A stretch of DNA of 64,000 nt from Candidatus Aenigmatarchaeota archaeon (GCA_016202815.1 JACQNZ010000008.1:97932-161931), one strand, 5' to 3'. Counted from the stretch's first letter, positions 1-10,316 are shown. Made by a program: numbers and translations. The notes: generated from the sequence alone by a model not told the origin.

Positions 1-1333
1 TCCCTAGTTAATCCAAAAGACGAATGCATCGACGCGACGACGATGTCAAATTCTTTCAAAAACCTGTCTGGAATGTCAATTTTTCCGTCGGCTTCTATGT
101 TGGCCTCGACGCCTTTGAATATCCTCAATTTGCCGGAGCCGTTTAGCTTGTCGATCTCTTTCCATTGTTTTCTGAAATCCTGCTCATCGAGCGCACCCGC
201 AACTTTGAGGTTTCCGCCGTGGTCCGTGATGCAGATGTACTCGTAACCGAGTTTTTCCGCGGCTACGGACATGTCTTTCGCGGTATTCGCACCGTCGCTC
301 CACACCGTATGCATTTGCAGGTCGCCTTTGATGGAATCGTATGCTATTAGGCTGGGAAGTTTGTGCGATCTTGCGGCGTCAATCTCACCTGTATTCTCGC
401 GCAGCTCGGGTTCGATGTAATCCAGTCCGAGCCTGTCGTAGATTTCTTCCTCTGTTTTTCCGGCGACCAGCTCGCCGCCTTTCATCAGTCCGTACTCGCT
501 TAATTTGAGCCCTTTGAAAATGGCGATCTTCCGCATCGCAACATTATGGTCTTTCGAGCCTGTGAAATATTGCAGCGCAGCGCCGAAGGCACTGTCATCA
601 AGTACGCGAATATCCACCTGCACGCCGCCCTTCAGGCGCACCGACGCCCTGGTCGGCCCGCGTGCAATGATCTCGCCGACGCCGTCCATTTTTGTGAAAA
701 AATCTATGACTTTGTCGTGTTTCGATGACGTAACCAAAATATCTATGTCGCCTATCGTTTCCTTCATGCGCCGCAGCGAGCCTGCGAAAACCACCCTGTC
801 TACGAAATCAAGCCCTCGCAGCCTTTGCACGATTTCATCGGCGATTGGAAGCGCTTTTGCGAGAAGCATCCTGCTTTTCGCTTTTCTAGCAAACTCGATG
901 CCGTCCAGTATTTTTTTCTCGCTCTTCTCGCCAAACCCATTCAGCTTCGCAATCCGATTCGCTTTCGCAGCCTTTTCAAGGTCATCCAGATTTTTTATTT
1001 TCAATTTCCGGTAAAGCAGTCCAATGCGCTTCGGGCCAAGTCCGCTTACAGACATCAGCGAATCCAGGTCAACAGGCAGCGATTTCTTCAGCTTTTCGTA
1101 ATACGGCAACCGCCCCGTTTCAAGAAATTCTGAAATCTTTTCCTCTGTGGCCGCACCGACGCCCGGAATGCTCCGCAGTTTTCCTTCGCGCCAGATCCCG
1201 GTTATGTCACGCTGCAGCGTTTCAATGGACTGCGCAGCCTTGCGATAAGCGCGCGGTTTAAACTCGACGTCCTGCATCTCCAGTATGTCGGCTATCTCGT
1301 ACAGTATTTTGGCGACTTCGGAGTTTTTCATAC
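1..1333 (-). CDS. polX: DNA polymerase X family (Pol beta-like nucleotidyltransferase plus PHP domain); C-terminus runs off the window start
   Basis: Reverse-strand translation from ATG at 1333: MKNSEVAKILYEIADILEM... with HhH region, 'GSLRRMKETIGDIDILV' Pol-beta palm motif and 'HTVWSDG...ICITDHG' PHP motifs. Not in the ORF track because its stop lies outside the window. Confidence 0.7.
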
Positions 1334-1369
1334 AATTACTTTTTAATAGGAACTGAAAGAAAAAGGCGG

Positions 1370-1528
1370 TTATTTCGCAATGGCCAGCGCGGTTATTTTC
1401 GGGTCGCACGCATTGTGCGTTCTGCAGAAATTCTCGCACTCTTTCGCGGTTCCGGCATCAGCGTATTTGAACCCGCATTCGTCGCAGGCAAAAACAGTTT
1501 TATCCCCCCACACCTTTGTGGATACCAT
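1370..1528 (-). CDS. small zinc-ribbon protein (52 aa), CxxC...CxxxH..C
   Basis: Hand translation MVSTKVWGDKTVFACDECGFKYADAGTAKECENFCRTHNACDPKITALAIAK. Below the ORF-track size cutoff. Overlaps the unlikely 5' extension of the ZIP ORF. Confidence 0.3.
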   Translation of the reverse strand: MVSTKVWGDKTVFACDECGFKYADAGTAKECENFCRTHNACDPKITALAIAK

Positions 1529-1591
1529 ACATTCCTATTGGATGCCTTATTAAAAAACAACTTAAATAAAAGCAAAAACAAATCAAACCTG

Positions 1592-2326
1592 ATGCTGGAC
1601 GTCTTCGTCTACGGGCTCGCAAGCGTTTTAGTAGTGAGTCTGATATCACTGGTCGGGATCCTTGCGATCCCTGCAAAATCAAAGCACCTTATTTACCTGG
1701 TTAGTTTCTCGGCAGGCGCGCTGTTCGGCGATTCTTTCATACACCTGCTGCCGGAGACCATGGAGATGGGATTTGACGGAACGACGCCGATATACATACT
1801 GGCCGGAATTGTCACGATGTTCGTGGTTGAGAAGATCATAAACTGGCACCACTCGCACGACATGCACAACAAAAGCCAGCACGTAAAGCCTTTCGTGTTC
1901 ATGAACCTGATCGGCGACGGCGTGCACAATTTCATCGACGGCCTTGTGATAGGCAGCAGCTACCTGGCCAGCGTACCGTTGGGCGTGGCCACCACTCTGG
2001 CAGTGGTATTCCATGAAATACCGCAGGAAATCGGGGATTTTGGCGTGCTTTTGAGGGGCGGGGTCAACCGTGGAAAGGCGATAATGCTTAACTTTTTTTC
2101 GGCGCTGGCGGCTGTGGCGGGTTTCTTGGTTTCGATGGCAATCAGCAGCTATGTGGGAAATTTTGTTTCTATGATGGTGCCCTTCACAATAGGAAGCTTC
2201 GTTTATATCGCAGGATCGGATTTGATACCTGAACTTCACAAGGAAAAGAGCGATAAGTCCGCAATGCAGCTCTTGTCGTTTGTCGCAGGCATGGCAGCCA
2301 TGTACGCCCTGCTTTTAATCGAATGA
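1592..2326 (+). CDS. zupT: ZIP family divalent metal (zinc) transporter
   Basis: Multi-TM protein with 'HNFIDGLVIG' and 'HEIPQEIGDFGVL' ZIP signatures. Internal ATG at 1592 (MLDVFVYGL...) chosen over the 1415 start. Confidence 0.75.
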   Translation: MLDVFVYGLASVLVVSLISLVGILAIPAKSKHLIYLVSFSAGALFGDSFIHLLPETMEMGFDGTTPIYILAGIVTMFVVEKIINWHHSHDMHNKSQHVKPFVFMNLIGDGVHNFIDGLVIGSSYLASVPLGVATTLAVVFHEIPQEIGDFGVLLRGGVNRGKAIMLNFFSALAAVAGFLVSMAISSYVGNFVSMMVPFTIGSFVYIAGSDLIPELHKEKSDKSAMQLLSFVAGMAAMYALLLIE

Positions 2327-2710
2327 TCAGAAGTAAACCAGTGCCCATAAAAGGGCGACAGCCACGGCAAGCTTGAACAAAGCCACCTTCTGGAACCATT
2401 TGTCAGACTTCTTCAAAACCAGCTTGATCGCATCCCTGTGTATGTCATTGAACATCAGGAAGCTTCCTGCAAGCAGCCCGGCCCCGAAAACAGAGACCAA
2501 AAAGCTTTGCAATCCCGCCAGCTTCACTACAAGAAGCGCGGTTATCAGGCCTGACGCAAACATCACAAGGCTGATTGCATACGACCAATCCTTGTTGATT
2601 TTTGAAAATTCCTTAAGCCAGGCTTTTGCTTTCTTCGGCGAGAGCACGGTTAAGGACCTGGTAAGTATCACCAGCGCGAGTAAAAGAGCCGCAACAGCCT
2701 TTAAGACCAT
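2327..2710 (-). CDS. hypothetical membrane protein
   Basis: 127-aa ORF with 3-4 hydrophobic helices, tightly packed against zupT. Confidence 0.45.
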   Translation of the reverse strand: MVLKAVAALLLALVILTRSLTVLSPKKAKAWLKEFSKINKDWSYAISLVMFASGLITALLVVKLAGLQSFLVSVFGAGLLAGSFLMFNDIHRDAIKLVLKKSDKWFQKVALFKLAVAVALLWALVYF

Positions 2711-2736
2711 AATTAAAATTAGCAGGGGTAATATAT

Positions 2737-3744
2737 ATGTATTTTCTCAGAGCTTATGGGTGGATTATGCTGATTAAGGACAGGCTTTACGGCCCCTTCG
2801 ACATAGGCGAAGAGGTTTTGGTCGAGTTAATCGGCTCCGATCCGGTTCAGCGCCTGAAAAAAATCGCGCAATACGGCGTTCCGGACGAATATTACGTGTA
2901 CAGGAATTACAGCCGCTATGAGCATTCAGTCGGCGTCATGCTGCTGGTGCGCAAACTCGGCGCAAGCGTCGAAGAGCAGGCCGCCGGCCTGCTTCATGAC
3001 GTCTCGCACACGGCATTCTCGCACGTCGTCGACTGGCTGCTCGGAACAGGCGAAAACGAGGACCACCAGGACAAAATTCACCAGAAAATATTCATGGAAT
3101 CTGAGCTGCCCGGAATATTGGAGCGGCACGGATTCGACGCAAAACGCGTGTCTGATTACAAAAACTTCCGGCTCGTGGAGCAGCCAACGCCGAAGCTGTG
3201 CGCGGACAGGGTGGATTATGCGCTGCGGGAATTTCAGGATTGGGCCGCGCCTTCCGTTGTGGCGGAGTGCGTTAATTCGCTTGCGGCAAATGATGGAAGG
3301 ATGGTATTCTCGTCAAAACCTGTAGCCAGGAATTTTGCAGAGGCTTTTTTGAAATGCCAGATGGTCCACTGGGGAGGCGCGCAAGCCACCGTAAGGTACA
3401 CGTTATTGTCTTCGGCTTTGCGTATTGCGATAGAAAACAAAATCATAACGCTGGAAGACCTGTTGAAGGATGACAGTTTCGTAATAGGCAAATTAAAAAG
3501 CTGCAATAACATTGAAGTGCAGAAGTATCTGGGTATGTTGGCAGACAAGAACCTATTGGTGGTAGAAGATCCGCACAACCCGCAGTACGTCATGAAGAAG
3601 AAATTCCGCTACGTGGATCCGGATTATCTTGAAAACGGTGAAGTATTCACATTGGGCAAAACAGATTTGGCGTTTGGAAAGCTGGTCGAAGAAAACAGGA
3701 AAATAAATGACGCCGGTTTGCGGTTGAGCATCGGGCGCATGTGA
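2737..3744 (+). CDS. HD-domain metal-dependent phosphohydrolase
   Basis: 'HSVGVMLL...LLHDVSHTAFSH' H..HD motif. Confidence 0.6.
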   Translation: MYFLRAYGWIMLIKDRLYGPFDIGEEVLVELIGSDPVQRLKKIAQYGVPDEYYVYRNYSRYEHSVGVMLLVRKLGASVEEQAAGLLHDVSHTAFSHVVDWLLGTGENEDHQDKIHQKIFMESELPGILERHGFDAKRVSDYKNFRLVEQPTPKLCADRVDYALREFQDWAAPSVVAECVNSLAANDGRMVFSSKPVARNFAEAFLKCQMVHWGGAQATVRYTLLSSALRIAIENKIITLEDLLKDDSFVIGKLKSCNNIEVQKYLGMLADKNLLVVEDPHNPQYVMKKKFRYVDPDYLENGEVFTLGKTDLAFGKLVEENRKINDAGLRLSIGRM

Positions 3745-3745
3745 G

Positions 3746-4510
3746 GTGTGCAAATTGAAGAACAGGTTTTTGGCAGGGTCTTCAGGGTTCCGTTACAGGA
3801 TAAGGCGGATCATCGAGAGCGCAGACTTGGTTGTGGAAATTTTGGACGCGCGCGATCCTTTCGGAACCAAAAACACGGAAGTGGAAAAATTTGTAAGGAT
3901 GTCGCACAAGAGGCTTCTGACAGTGGTTAACAAAGCAGACCTTGTTGGCGGGGTTGATTATCCGGAGTCTTCAAAGACCTGCGTAATATCCTCCAAAAAC
4001 CGCAAAAGCGCGGCCATCCTGAAAGACTTTATCAAAGCGAACCTTCCTAAAACGCCGGCACGCGTTGCAATTGTCGGATACCCCAATGTCGGCAAATCAA
4101 CGATTATAAATTTGTTGAAAGGCCGGAAGTCCGCTTCCGTTGCCCCGATACCGGGGCACACCAGAGGCGTGCAATGGATACGCATCGACGAGGACATCCT
4201 GCTTCTCGACTCGCCCGGAATCGTACCGAGCTACGAAAGGGACGAAGTTTCGATAGCTTTGAAGGGCGCGATCGAGGCCGACCAGGTAAAAGATCCTGAA
4301 CACGTTGCGCATGAAATTTTGGAGGGAATCCTGCACGCCGGCCCTGCGAAGATAGAAAAAGCGTACGACATTAAAGTTTCCTCCCGTGACCCGCACGAAA
4401 TACTGCGGTTGATCGCGCTGCGCCGCGGCCGCATCCTTAAAGGCCGCGAGCCGGACACAAGGAGCGCGGCGAAAACTGTCATCCGCGACAGGTACAAGGG
4501 AAAAATCTGA
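3746..4510 (+). CDS. circularly permuted GTPase (YlqF/RbgA-like ribosome biogenesis GTPase)
   Basis: Motif order G4 'VVNKADLV', then G1 'GYPNVGKST', then G3 'LLDSPGIV'. Confidence 0.65.
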   Translation: MCKLKNRFLAGSSGFRYRIRRIIESADLVVEILDARDPFGTKNTEVEKFVRMSHKRLLTVVNKADLVGGVDYPESSKTCVISSKNRKSAAILKDFIKANLPKTPARVAIVGYPNVGKSTIINLLKGRKSASVAPIPGHTRGVQWIRIDEDILLLDSPGIVPSYERDEVSIALKGAIEADQVKDPEHVAHEILEGILHAGPAKIEKAYDIKVSSRDPHEILRLIALRRGRILKGREPDTRSAAKTVIRDRYKGKI

Positions 4511-4539
4511 ATTTAAGCCTTGTTCACAATTAGATCTTT

Positions 4540-6147
4540 ATGTGGGTTAATTTTTTTCTGTCCCTGGGTTTCGCCGGGTTCTACACGCTCTGGGCTTTCT
4601 TCGTCGGAGTTGTGGCATCGTTCGGAATTTTCGGGAGAAGTCCGGTCCGGAATTCGGTAATGTCGTGGATTTTCGGGATTTTTTTGGTTTCATTGTCGCC
4701 TATAGGCTCGGTTGTTTTGGCGGCCTTTATCAGGATGTTCATATTCGGTTTGTCAAAACTTACAAAGGCTGAGATTGAGCGCATATTCGTTTTCGAAGAC
4801 GCCAGAGGGGCCAGACCGCGCAGGTTTTTGTGGGTGCTTGCGCCGTTCGGCATTCTTTTCGTCATGTCCGCGGCCACGGCGGTTTTATCCCCGCCCATGG
4901 AAGTGGAATGGTACAAAATGGGCGGCGCCGGCATAGTGGAATTAACCAGCGAGCCCTCGTCAACTGTGTCGGAAATAGCCTGGGACGATGTCAAAGGCAT
5001 GCGATTGGTATCGCAGGAATACGCCCTGCAGATACCGAAAACGCTGATAACAGAGACCGGTTGGAAATTATCCGACAGCTGGGACGGCGTATATCCCATC
5101 AACGGGACGCTGTACTGGGTTTCAAGCTACGAACCTGCAACTTTGATAAACAGCGGCAACCCGTCGCCCGCTTACGTACTGATCAGCGGGGAAGACCCTT
5201 CAAACAGGAAAAAAATCTACGAAAGCATAGAATATTCCGGCGAGCGCGGCAAGATGCTGGACATATTGTACCAGTTGTGGAAAGGAAAGATCAGGGACAT
5301 CAACGTTGTAGCGTGGCTCAATTACCCGTTTTTCGAGTTCGGCGATCCGATACTGGCACACAACGAAAAAGGTCCCGTGTGGATAAAGCCGGCAAAAATG
5401 AATTTCCCTACAATGTTCCTGGTGAGATTTTACACGGACCAGGTTGGCGTAATGACTATCGAAAACGACGGCAAAGTCAGTTTTTATTCCACGGAACAGA
5501 TACGCGAAGGCGGCGCGCCTCCGTGGCTCGAAAAACAGGTACTGATAGACGAGGGTTACAGCGAGCTGCGCGTTTACAAATGGGCCAAATACAAATACTG
5601 GACCAACTTCTTAAATTATTACTTCCAGCACGAAAATGTTTTTGAAATAGCGCAGGATTTGTACTTCCAATACGACAAGCAGAACGAAAGAAATTATGCG
5701 GTGATACAACTGGAACCGGAAGGCCGCGAACGCAAATCCATAACGCATTTCATCGAGATAGAATCATCCGGGAAAAACTTCGGCAACATTACGATATATG
5801 ATTCCCGCAGGCTCGAGCTGATCGGGCCCGAACGTGCTCTCGACGACGTCCGCGGCGAGGTCAGCATTTACAAGAACTGGTACCCCCTGCAGCCATTGTT
5901 CAAGAAAATAAAAGACGGATATTTCTATGTTGTTCCGGTGTATTCCGGCGACTTCGAGGCAATGGTATTGCGCGGCGTCGCCGTTGTAGATGCGAAGCGC
6001 GAGCAGGTTAAATTGTTCAAGTGGGCCGAGGTTCCGGAAGAATTGCAGCAGCCAGAAACAGCACAAAACGATTCTTTGGAAGGCTGTTCAATAATATCCA
6101 CTCAAAAAATAGACAATAAATTAAGAATAACTATGGAGTGCCAATAA
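4540..6147 (+). CDS. membrane-anchored hypothetical protein with large extracytoplasmic domain
   Basis: N-terminal TM helices, 535 aa, no recognisable catalytic motif. Confidence 0.45.
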   Translation: MWVNFFLSLGFAGFYTLWAFFVGVVASFGIFGRSPVRNSVMSWIFGIFLVSLSPIGSVVLAAFIRMFIFGLSKLTKAEIERIFVFEDARGARPRRFLWVLAPFGILFVMSAATAVLSPPMEVEWYKMGGAGIVELTSEPSSTVSEIAWDDVKGMRLVSQEYALQIPKTLITETGWKLSDSWDGVYPINGTLYWVSSYEPATLINSGNPSPAYVLISGEDPSNRKKIYESIEYSGERGKMLDILYQLWKGKIRDINVVAWLNYPFFEFGDPILAHNEKGPVWIKPAKMNFPTMFLVRFYTDQVGVMTIENDGKVSFYSTEQIREGGAPPWLEKQVLIDEGYSELRVYKWAKYKYWTNFLNYYFQHENVFEIAQDLYFQYDKQNERNYAVIQLEPEGRERKSITHFIEIESSGKNFGNITIYDSRRLELIGPERALDDVRGEVSIYKNWYPLQPLFKKIKDGYFYVVPVYSGDFEAMVLRGVAVVDAKREQVKLFKWAEVPEELQQPETAQNDSLEGCSIISTQKIDNKLRITMECQ

Positions 6148-6150
6148 TTC

Positions 6151-6936
6151 CTACAGCGTAATATTCAACTTAACTAATTCGGAGTGAATCACGTTTCCAG
6201 TATTATCCACGGTTTTTTCAAAATTTTCTATACTTATTCCTTTTTGGTTTACTTGTTCAACTACGTCTAAAATACCCTTGAAAAACTGGGAGCTACCTTC
6301 TACAAACAATGTTCTTAAAAACCAGTGCATTTCACCTAGTGCAAGCGAAACGCAACTTCCACATTTTAAGGCTATGGTCTGAAATCCGGTCGCTCTGTAT
6401 ATAGTTCCTACAGCAGTGTATGTGAGTTTTCCAAATGCCGCCACCGATATTATGGCTATTTCACCGCCAAAAACAGCTGTTGACTTGTAAAATTCGTTAA
6501 CAGAGTTGGAATCGTTCTCGTTGACATTATTTGCGGCGGCAATGACTTTATTATAATTGTCCACAAGAGGCGCATATTCTGTAATTACCCTAGATATTTT
6601 TTCATACCCTTCTCTGGTTTTTGGTAATTCAGGTATTTTCGCGCCTGTTTGCTCTTCCAATATTTTTGATAATTTGTTCGCGTTTTCAGCAAATTCAAAA
6701 TATTTTTCAGAAGTATTCAAAGTGTTGTCATCGATTTGGGATAGTTTAGCTACTTGCTGTGGAAATTCCTTGTTTATCAGTTTTGTATAACTCGTAGGGA
6801 TATTATCAGAGGGTATTTTTGGTTTTGAATCACACCCAGATACTAAAACAACGGCGATGATCAAAAAAATGGATAAAAACTCACTAAATGGTTTCGTTGT
6901 CATTTCTACGAATACTGTCTCCACGAGTGCTTGCAC
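6151..6936 (-). CDS. putative lipoprotein / secreted hypothetical protein
   Basis: N-terminal hydrophobic segment ending in a '...LVSGC' lipobox-like motif. Confidence 0.4.
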   Translation of the reverse strand: MQALVETVFVEMTTKPFSEFLSIFLIIAVVLVSGCDSKPKIPSDNIPTSYTKLINKEFPQQVAKLSQIDDNTLNTSEKYFEFAENANKLSKILEEQTGAKIPELPKTREGYEKISRVITEYAPLVDNYNKVIAAANNVNENDSNSVNEFYKSTAVFGGEIAIISVAAFGKLTYTAVGTIYRATGFQTIALKCGSCVSLALGEMHWFLRTLFVEGSSQFFKGILDVVEQVNQKGISIENFEKTVDNTGNVIHSELVKLNITL

Positions 6937-7235
6937 TTCGGGTTAGTGCACCGGAAAAATAATGTCGGCGCCTCGTCCCCGCTTCTCGTCTGCTGAAGCC
7001 ACCAGAACGCTTCCGTGTGCGCGCACTTCGGGCACGTCACTACGGTTTTTGGCAGGCTGGAAAATTCCTTTTCAACAACAACAACCTCCGGCTCCTCGTG
7101 GCTTATGTGCTCCGAAATCTTGAATGATTTTTTCTGGAATTGTTTTTTCGTGCCGCAACCCCTGCACACTAGCAGGGCTTTGCCCGCCTTTTTCTGCGGC
7201 ATCATCATGCTCGAGCATTTCTGGCAAAATTCCAT
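6906..7235 (-). CDS. tfs: transcription factor S / RNA polymerase subunit M
   Basis: N- and C-terminal zinc ribbons 'CQKCSSMM...CRGCG' and 'CPKCAHTEAFWWLQQTRSGDEAPTLFFRCTNPKCKHSW' (TFIIS-type). Confidence 0.75.
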   Translation of the reverse strand: MEFCQKCSSMMMPQKKAGKALLVCRGCGTKKQFQKKSFKISEHISHEEPEVVVVEKEFSSLPKTVVTCPKCAHTEAFWWLQQTRSGDEAPTLFFRCTNPKCKHSWRQYS

Positions 7236-7250
7236 TTTATCTCCCCTTTA

Positions 7251-7300
7251 ATCAAGAATGATATTCAACTGGATTGTTTAAATACGATATCATTCTTGAT
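7251..7300. promoter_or_regulatory. perfect 14-bp inverted repeat ATCAAGAATGATAT-N22-ATATCATTCTTGAT in the tfs upstream region
   Basis: Read directly from the sequence. Lies 16 bp upstream of the tfs start codon and downstream of the signal peptidase stop. Confidence 0.4.
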
Positions 7301-7330
7301 TCCTTTTCGGTTATCAGCTATATATCTTAG

Positions 7331-7819
7331 TTATCTGTTGACGGCCGGCGAAAACGCCCTGCACACAGCGGGGACGCTGTCGCACACTGTTATTTTTATC
7401 AGGCCCGCGTAAGGTATTACCAAAACAGATTTTCCGACAATGTCCTTCGCGGATATCTGCTTTTCCCATTCATGCTGCACTCCCCGGTTGTTGTCGCCGA
7501 GCGTTTGGAACGTGCCGTCATCGTTTATCTTGTACACCCTGTGTATGACCGGCAGCGATTGGGATAACGTGTCAAAAACAATGACATCCCCTATTTTTAT
7601 ATCTTGCGGTTCGGCGTGCTTGACTATCACAAGGTCTCCCCTGTTAATGCTCGGTGACATGGATTCTGAAATGACGTCGATGACAGGCCTTTCCGTGCCT
7701 AACAAAAGAATCAATGCCTGGTAGATGAGAACCGCGATGAACACGCCCAATGCTGCGTAGGCGACTGTTTCCACAACATCGCGCAGGACGCTTCCGGGTT
7801 TTTTCTTAAGCCCTGCCAT
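7331..7819 (-). CDS. signal peptidase I (archaeal Sec11-type)
   Basis: N-terminal TM anchor and 'SESMSPSINRGDLVIV' (SxSMxP box B/C). Confidence 0.65.
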   Translation of the reverse strand: MAGLKKKPGSVLRDVVETVAYAALGVFIAVLIYQALILLLGTERPVIDVISESMSPSINRGDLVIVKHAEPQDIKIGDVIVFDTLSQSLPVIHRVYKINDDGTFQTLGDNNRGVQHEWEKQISAKDIVGKSVLVIPYAGLIKITVCDSVPAVCRAFSPAVNR

Positions 7820-8396
7820 AAGATTCGCCTTTCGCGACGCCGGACGCTATCAGGTGCGCAACACGCAGCGGCTCCGGTATTAGCGCCCTTGTAGAGGACA
7901 GTTTTATCACGTCTTCCGCGCCTTTCCTATTAATACCGCATGTCTGGTAATAAATACTTCTTCCGTTGATTTTCGTTTCGAGCGGTGCGCCGCATTTTTC
8001 TATCAGCGCCCATTTCTCGTCACCGTCTTTCAGGTTGGTGAGAGCGCGTTTTATTTTTGAAAAGTCCGGCATCTTCCTGCTTATTGCTATGACTGCCATG
8101 TTCGTCTCCTTGTGAAGGCGTTCAATGTCCACGACATTGAAGCCGCCCAGCGTTATGCCGTCGAGCATTATTATTCGCAATTGCTCCCTGTGCCGTGCAT
8201 TGTTTATGCTGGTAAAAATTTTTTTTGTAGCGTCGTTGCCGTCTACCCTTATTCTGGTGGAAAGCAGCCCGTCCATCCAGAACCCGCCGCGGAATATTGC
8301 CCCGAATATCGGGACTGTTTTATCACCCTTGAAAAAAGGGCCGTCATCCCAGCCGATTATCCTGACCTCTTTTTTGAGAAAGCGGAAGTGTGGCAT
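7806..8396 (-). CDS. DUF99/UPF0215 family protein
   Basis: N-terminus 'VRIIGWDDGPF' resembles the conserved start of UPF0215 proteins. Confidence 0.4.
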   Translation of the reverse strand: MPHFRFLKKEVRIIGWDDGPFFKGDKTVPIFGAIFRGGFWMDGLLSTRIRVDGNDATKKIFTSINNARHREQLRIIMLDGITLGGFNVVDIERLHKETNMAVIAISRKMPDFSKIKRALTNLKDGDEKWALIEKCGAPLETKINGRSIYYQTCGINRKGAEDVIKLSSTRALIPEPLRVAHLIASGVAKGESYGRA

Positions 8397-8425
8397 CCAA
8401 CTAGAAATAATTTTGTTGCGTTAAA

Positions 8426-8695
8426 TTACTTGCCTAGCGCCCGCTTGAACTCTGTTTGAAACTCTTTCGACTGGTCAATTATCTTTTGCGCAGCGCTGTC
8501 GAGCATTTTTATGGGGTTTTTGCCGTAAACTATTATCTTCGGCATCGAAAGGTACGGGTGTTCGCGCATGAACGCGGCCTGCTCTGCGCCAGACTCCCAC
8601 AGCTTCTTTCGCAGAAGGTTGGCCAAAGTCTCGCTCTCGCCTGCCAGTTCTATGTTCGCCTTTTTATCAGAATTTTCAATGACGTTGAGCTTCAT
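8426..8695 (-). CDS. rpoL: DNA-directed RNA polymerase subunit L
   Basis: 89 aa, resembles RpoL/Rpb11 family: 'NVIENSDKKANIELAGESETLANLLRKKL'. Confidence 0.7.
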   Translation of the reverse strand: MKLNVIENSDKKANIELAGESETLANLLRKKLWESGAEQAAFMREHPYLSMPKIIVYGKNPIKMLDSAAQKIIDQSKEFQTEFKRALGK

Positions 8696-8731
8696 GCGAA
8701 AACCTTTTAGCTGGAAGCATTCGGATAGACT

Positions 8732-8763
8732 GAAACATACCGATACACTATACGGTATGTTTC
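8732..8763. promoter_or_regulatory. palindrome GAAACATACCG-ATACACTATA-CGGTATGTTTC bracketing a TATA-like spacer, between divergent rpoL and ORF 8838
   Basis: Perfect 11-bp arms with outer phased half-sites GGAAGCAT (8713..8720) and ACGCTTC (8774..8780). Same family as the 46065, 46173 and 53854 copies. Confidence 0.45.
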
Positions 8764-8837
8764 CGGCAACCCACGCTTCAGTTCACATCGACTAATTTTA
8801 ACTGTCAGGCTTATAAAGCTTTCTTCAAAAGTTATTA

Positions 8838-9530
8838 GTGGTTTCTGGGATGGCGGGCAACGGTGAACGGGAAAAAGAAATACTCATTGCAGTAGCCTCT
8901 AAGCTGGTTTCGGCTGGCGCGCCAGCCGAACTTTTTGGCAGCGTCATGGATGCCGCGTCAGGAATAGTCAGGCCTGCGCAGGAGGAAACAAAGGCCGCGG
9001 ATGAGCAATGGCACCAGCCCGGAGATTACGGCATGTTTAGGACCAGTTTCCCCACCGCAATTGTAATGTTCGATGGGGCGGAAACCCATCTGACGGAAGC
9101 GGCTGGCGCGCTTAGAGAGTTGTACGCGGGCACGGTTCCGGATTTCTCCTCGGTTAAATCAATAGAAAGGAGCATTAAAAAACTGGAAGGAAGCCTCAAC
9201 GCCTGGCACAAAAAATACGGCGATGACCTAGTGATGCAGGACACAGGCTTAGGTTACGTTGGCGTTAGTACCGTGGGGGAGGCTTACCTTGCAAAGAGGT
9301 TCGGGCTCACAGTGGGCGAGGCTGTTGGAGCCATAAAAGCGTTGATGAATATGAAGTTCGTGGAACGCCGCGTTTACCTTACCAATGACGAACTTCCTCT
9401 TTGCAGGCTTTTCATCGTGGACTGCAGGCCGCAGATAGAAACGGACCCGCGGTTCAGCCTGGGATACAGGGTGTACAAACATCCAACCGGCGGCAACGGC
9501 GCTGCCAAAGGCGTTGCGAAGGCGGCGTAA
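8838..9530 (+). CDS. hypothetical protein
   Basis: 230-aa ORF with protein-like composition, no recognised motif. Confidence 0.4.
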   Translation: MVSGMAGNGEREKEILIAVASKLVSAGAPAELFGSVMDAASGIVRPAQEETKAADEQWHQPGDYGMFRTSFPTAIVMFDGAETHLTEAAGALRELYAGTVPDFSSVKSIERSIKKLEGSLNAWHKKYGDDLVMQDTGLGYVGVSTVGEAYLAKRFGLTVGEAVGAIKALMNMKFVERRVYLTNDELPLCRLFIVDCRPQIETDPRFSLGYRVYKHPTGGNGAAKGVAKAA

Positions 9531-10316
9531 CTAAGACCCGAACTTGACAAGATAGCCTGTTTTTCTGGCGCGCTTAAACGCGTAAAAGTACGCTGGCAGG
9601 GACAGCGCCAGGTATGAAACCGAAATTAGCAAACCTTGGGCCAACAGTCCGTTATCGATTGCGCTGCCGGAGGCCAGCGCCCTCGCGTTCTCAAACGTTG
9701 CTGTGTAAGGCATCAACGTCGTTATCGGTTGCAGCCAATCCGGGAAAACGGATACGGGATAGAACGGCGCAGACAACAGTATGAATATTTGCAGCATGGT
9801 CCAGGACAAAAACCCGTATTCCTTGCCAGCCGTTATTATGAACGCGGCTATGATGACGGACATGGCGATTGACGCTACCAGGGTTGATAAGAACAGCATC
9901 GCAGAGGCGGCGGGTTTTTCAAATATCACACGCAGATCAAACATGTACAAAGAAACGGAGAGCATAAGGGCAAGCAACGCAACAGAGATCGCCGTGGTCG
10001 AGATTATCCTTGCAAAAATATATTCAGATTCTTTTATCCCGGATATCAGAAGCTGCTTTATGCTTCCGGACCACGAGTCGTCCATGATCTGCATGTTAGT
10101 GTTGCTTTGCGCCACAGAAGCAAAGTTCCAGAATATATTTAACACGAGAACAATCAGGCCGGCTTCGGCGGCAAAAGATTTCATGTATGATGAGAACAAT
10201 CCCCACATCACCACGGTAGTGATAGGGAAATAGAACATCTCCATGACACGCCACTTTGCCCTGGAGAAAACCAGCATATCGTAATAGATCAGCGCAATAA
10301 CGCGGTTAATTTTCAT
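9531..10316 (-). CDS. ABC-2 type transporter permease
   Basis: Six predicted TM helices. Overlaps the upstream ATPase gene (ATGA). Confidence 0.6.
   Translation of the reverse strand: MKINRVIALIYYDMLVFSRAKWRVMEMFYFPITTVVMWGLFSSYMKSFAAEAGLIVLVLNIFWNFASVAQSNTNMQIMDDSWSGSIKQLLISGIKESEYIFARIISTTAISVALLALMLSVSLYMFDLRVIFEKPAASAMLFLSTLVASIAMSVIIAAFIITAGKEYGFLSWTMLQIFILLSAPFYPVSVFPDWLQPITTLMPYTATFENARALASGSAIDNGLLAQGLLISVSYLALSLPAYFYAFKRARKTGYLVKFGS

Noticed and set aside
505-1133. Plus-strand ORFs (169 aa, 102 aa) in the first 1.3 kb
   Set aside because: They lie antisense to a clearly recognisable PolX gene on the minus strand. Their composition is Ser/Arg/Phe-rich and unlike a real protein.
4830-5645. 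271-aa Arg-rich ORF on plus strand
   Set aside because: It is an out-of-frame overlap inside the 535-aa membrane protein gene. Its extreme Arg/Gly content is typical of a wrong-frame translation of GC-rich coding DNA.
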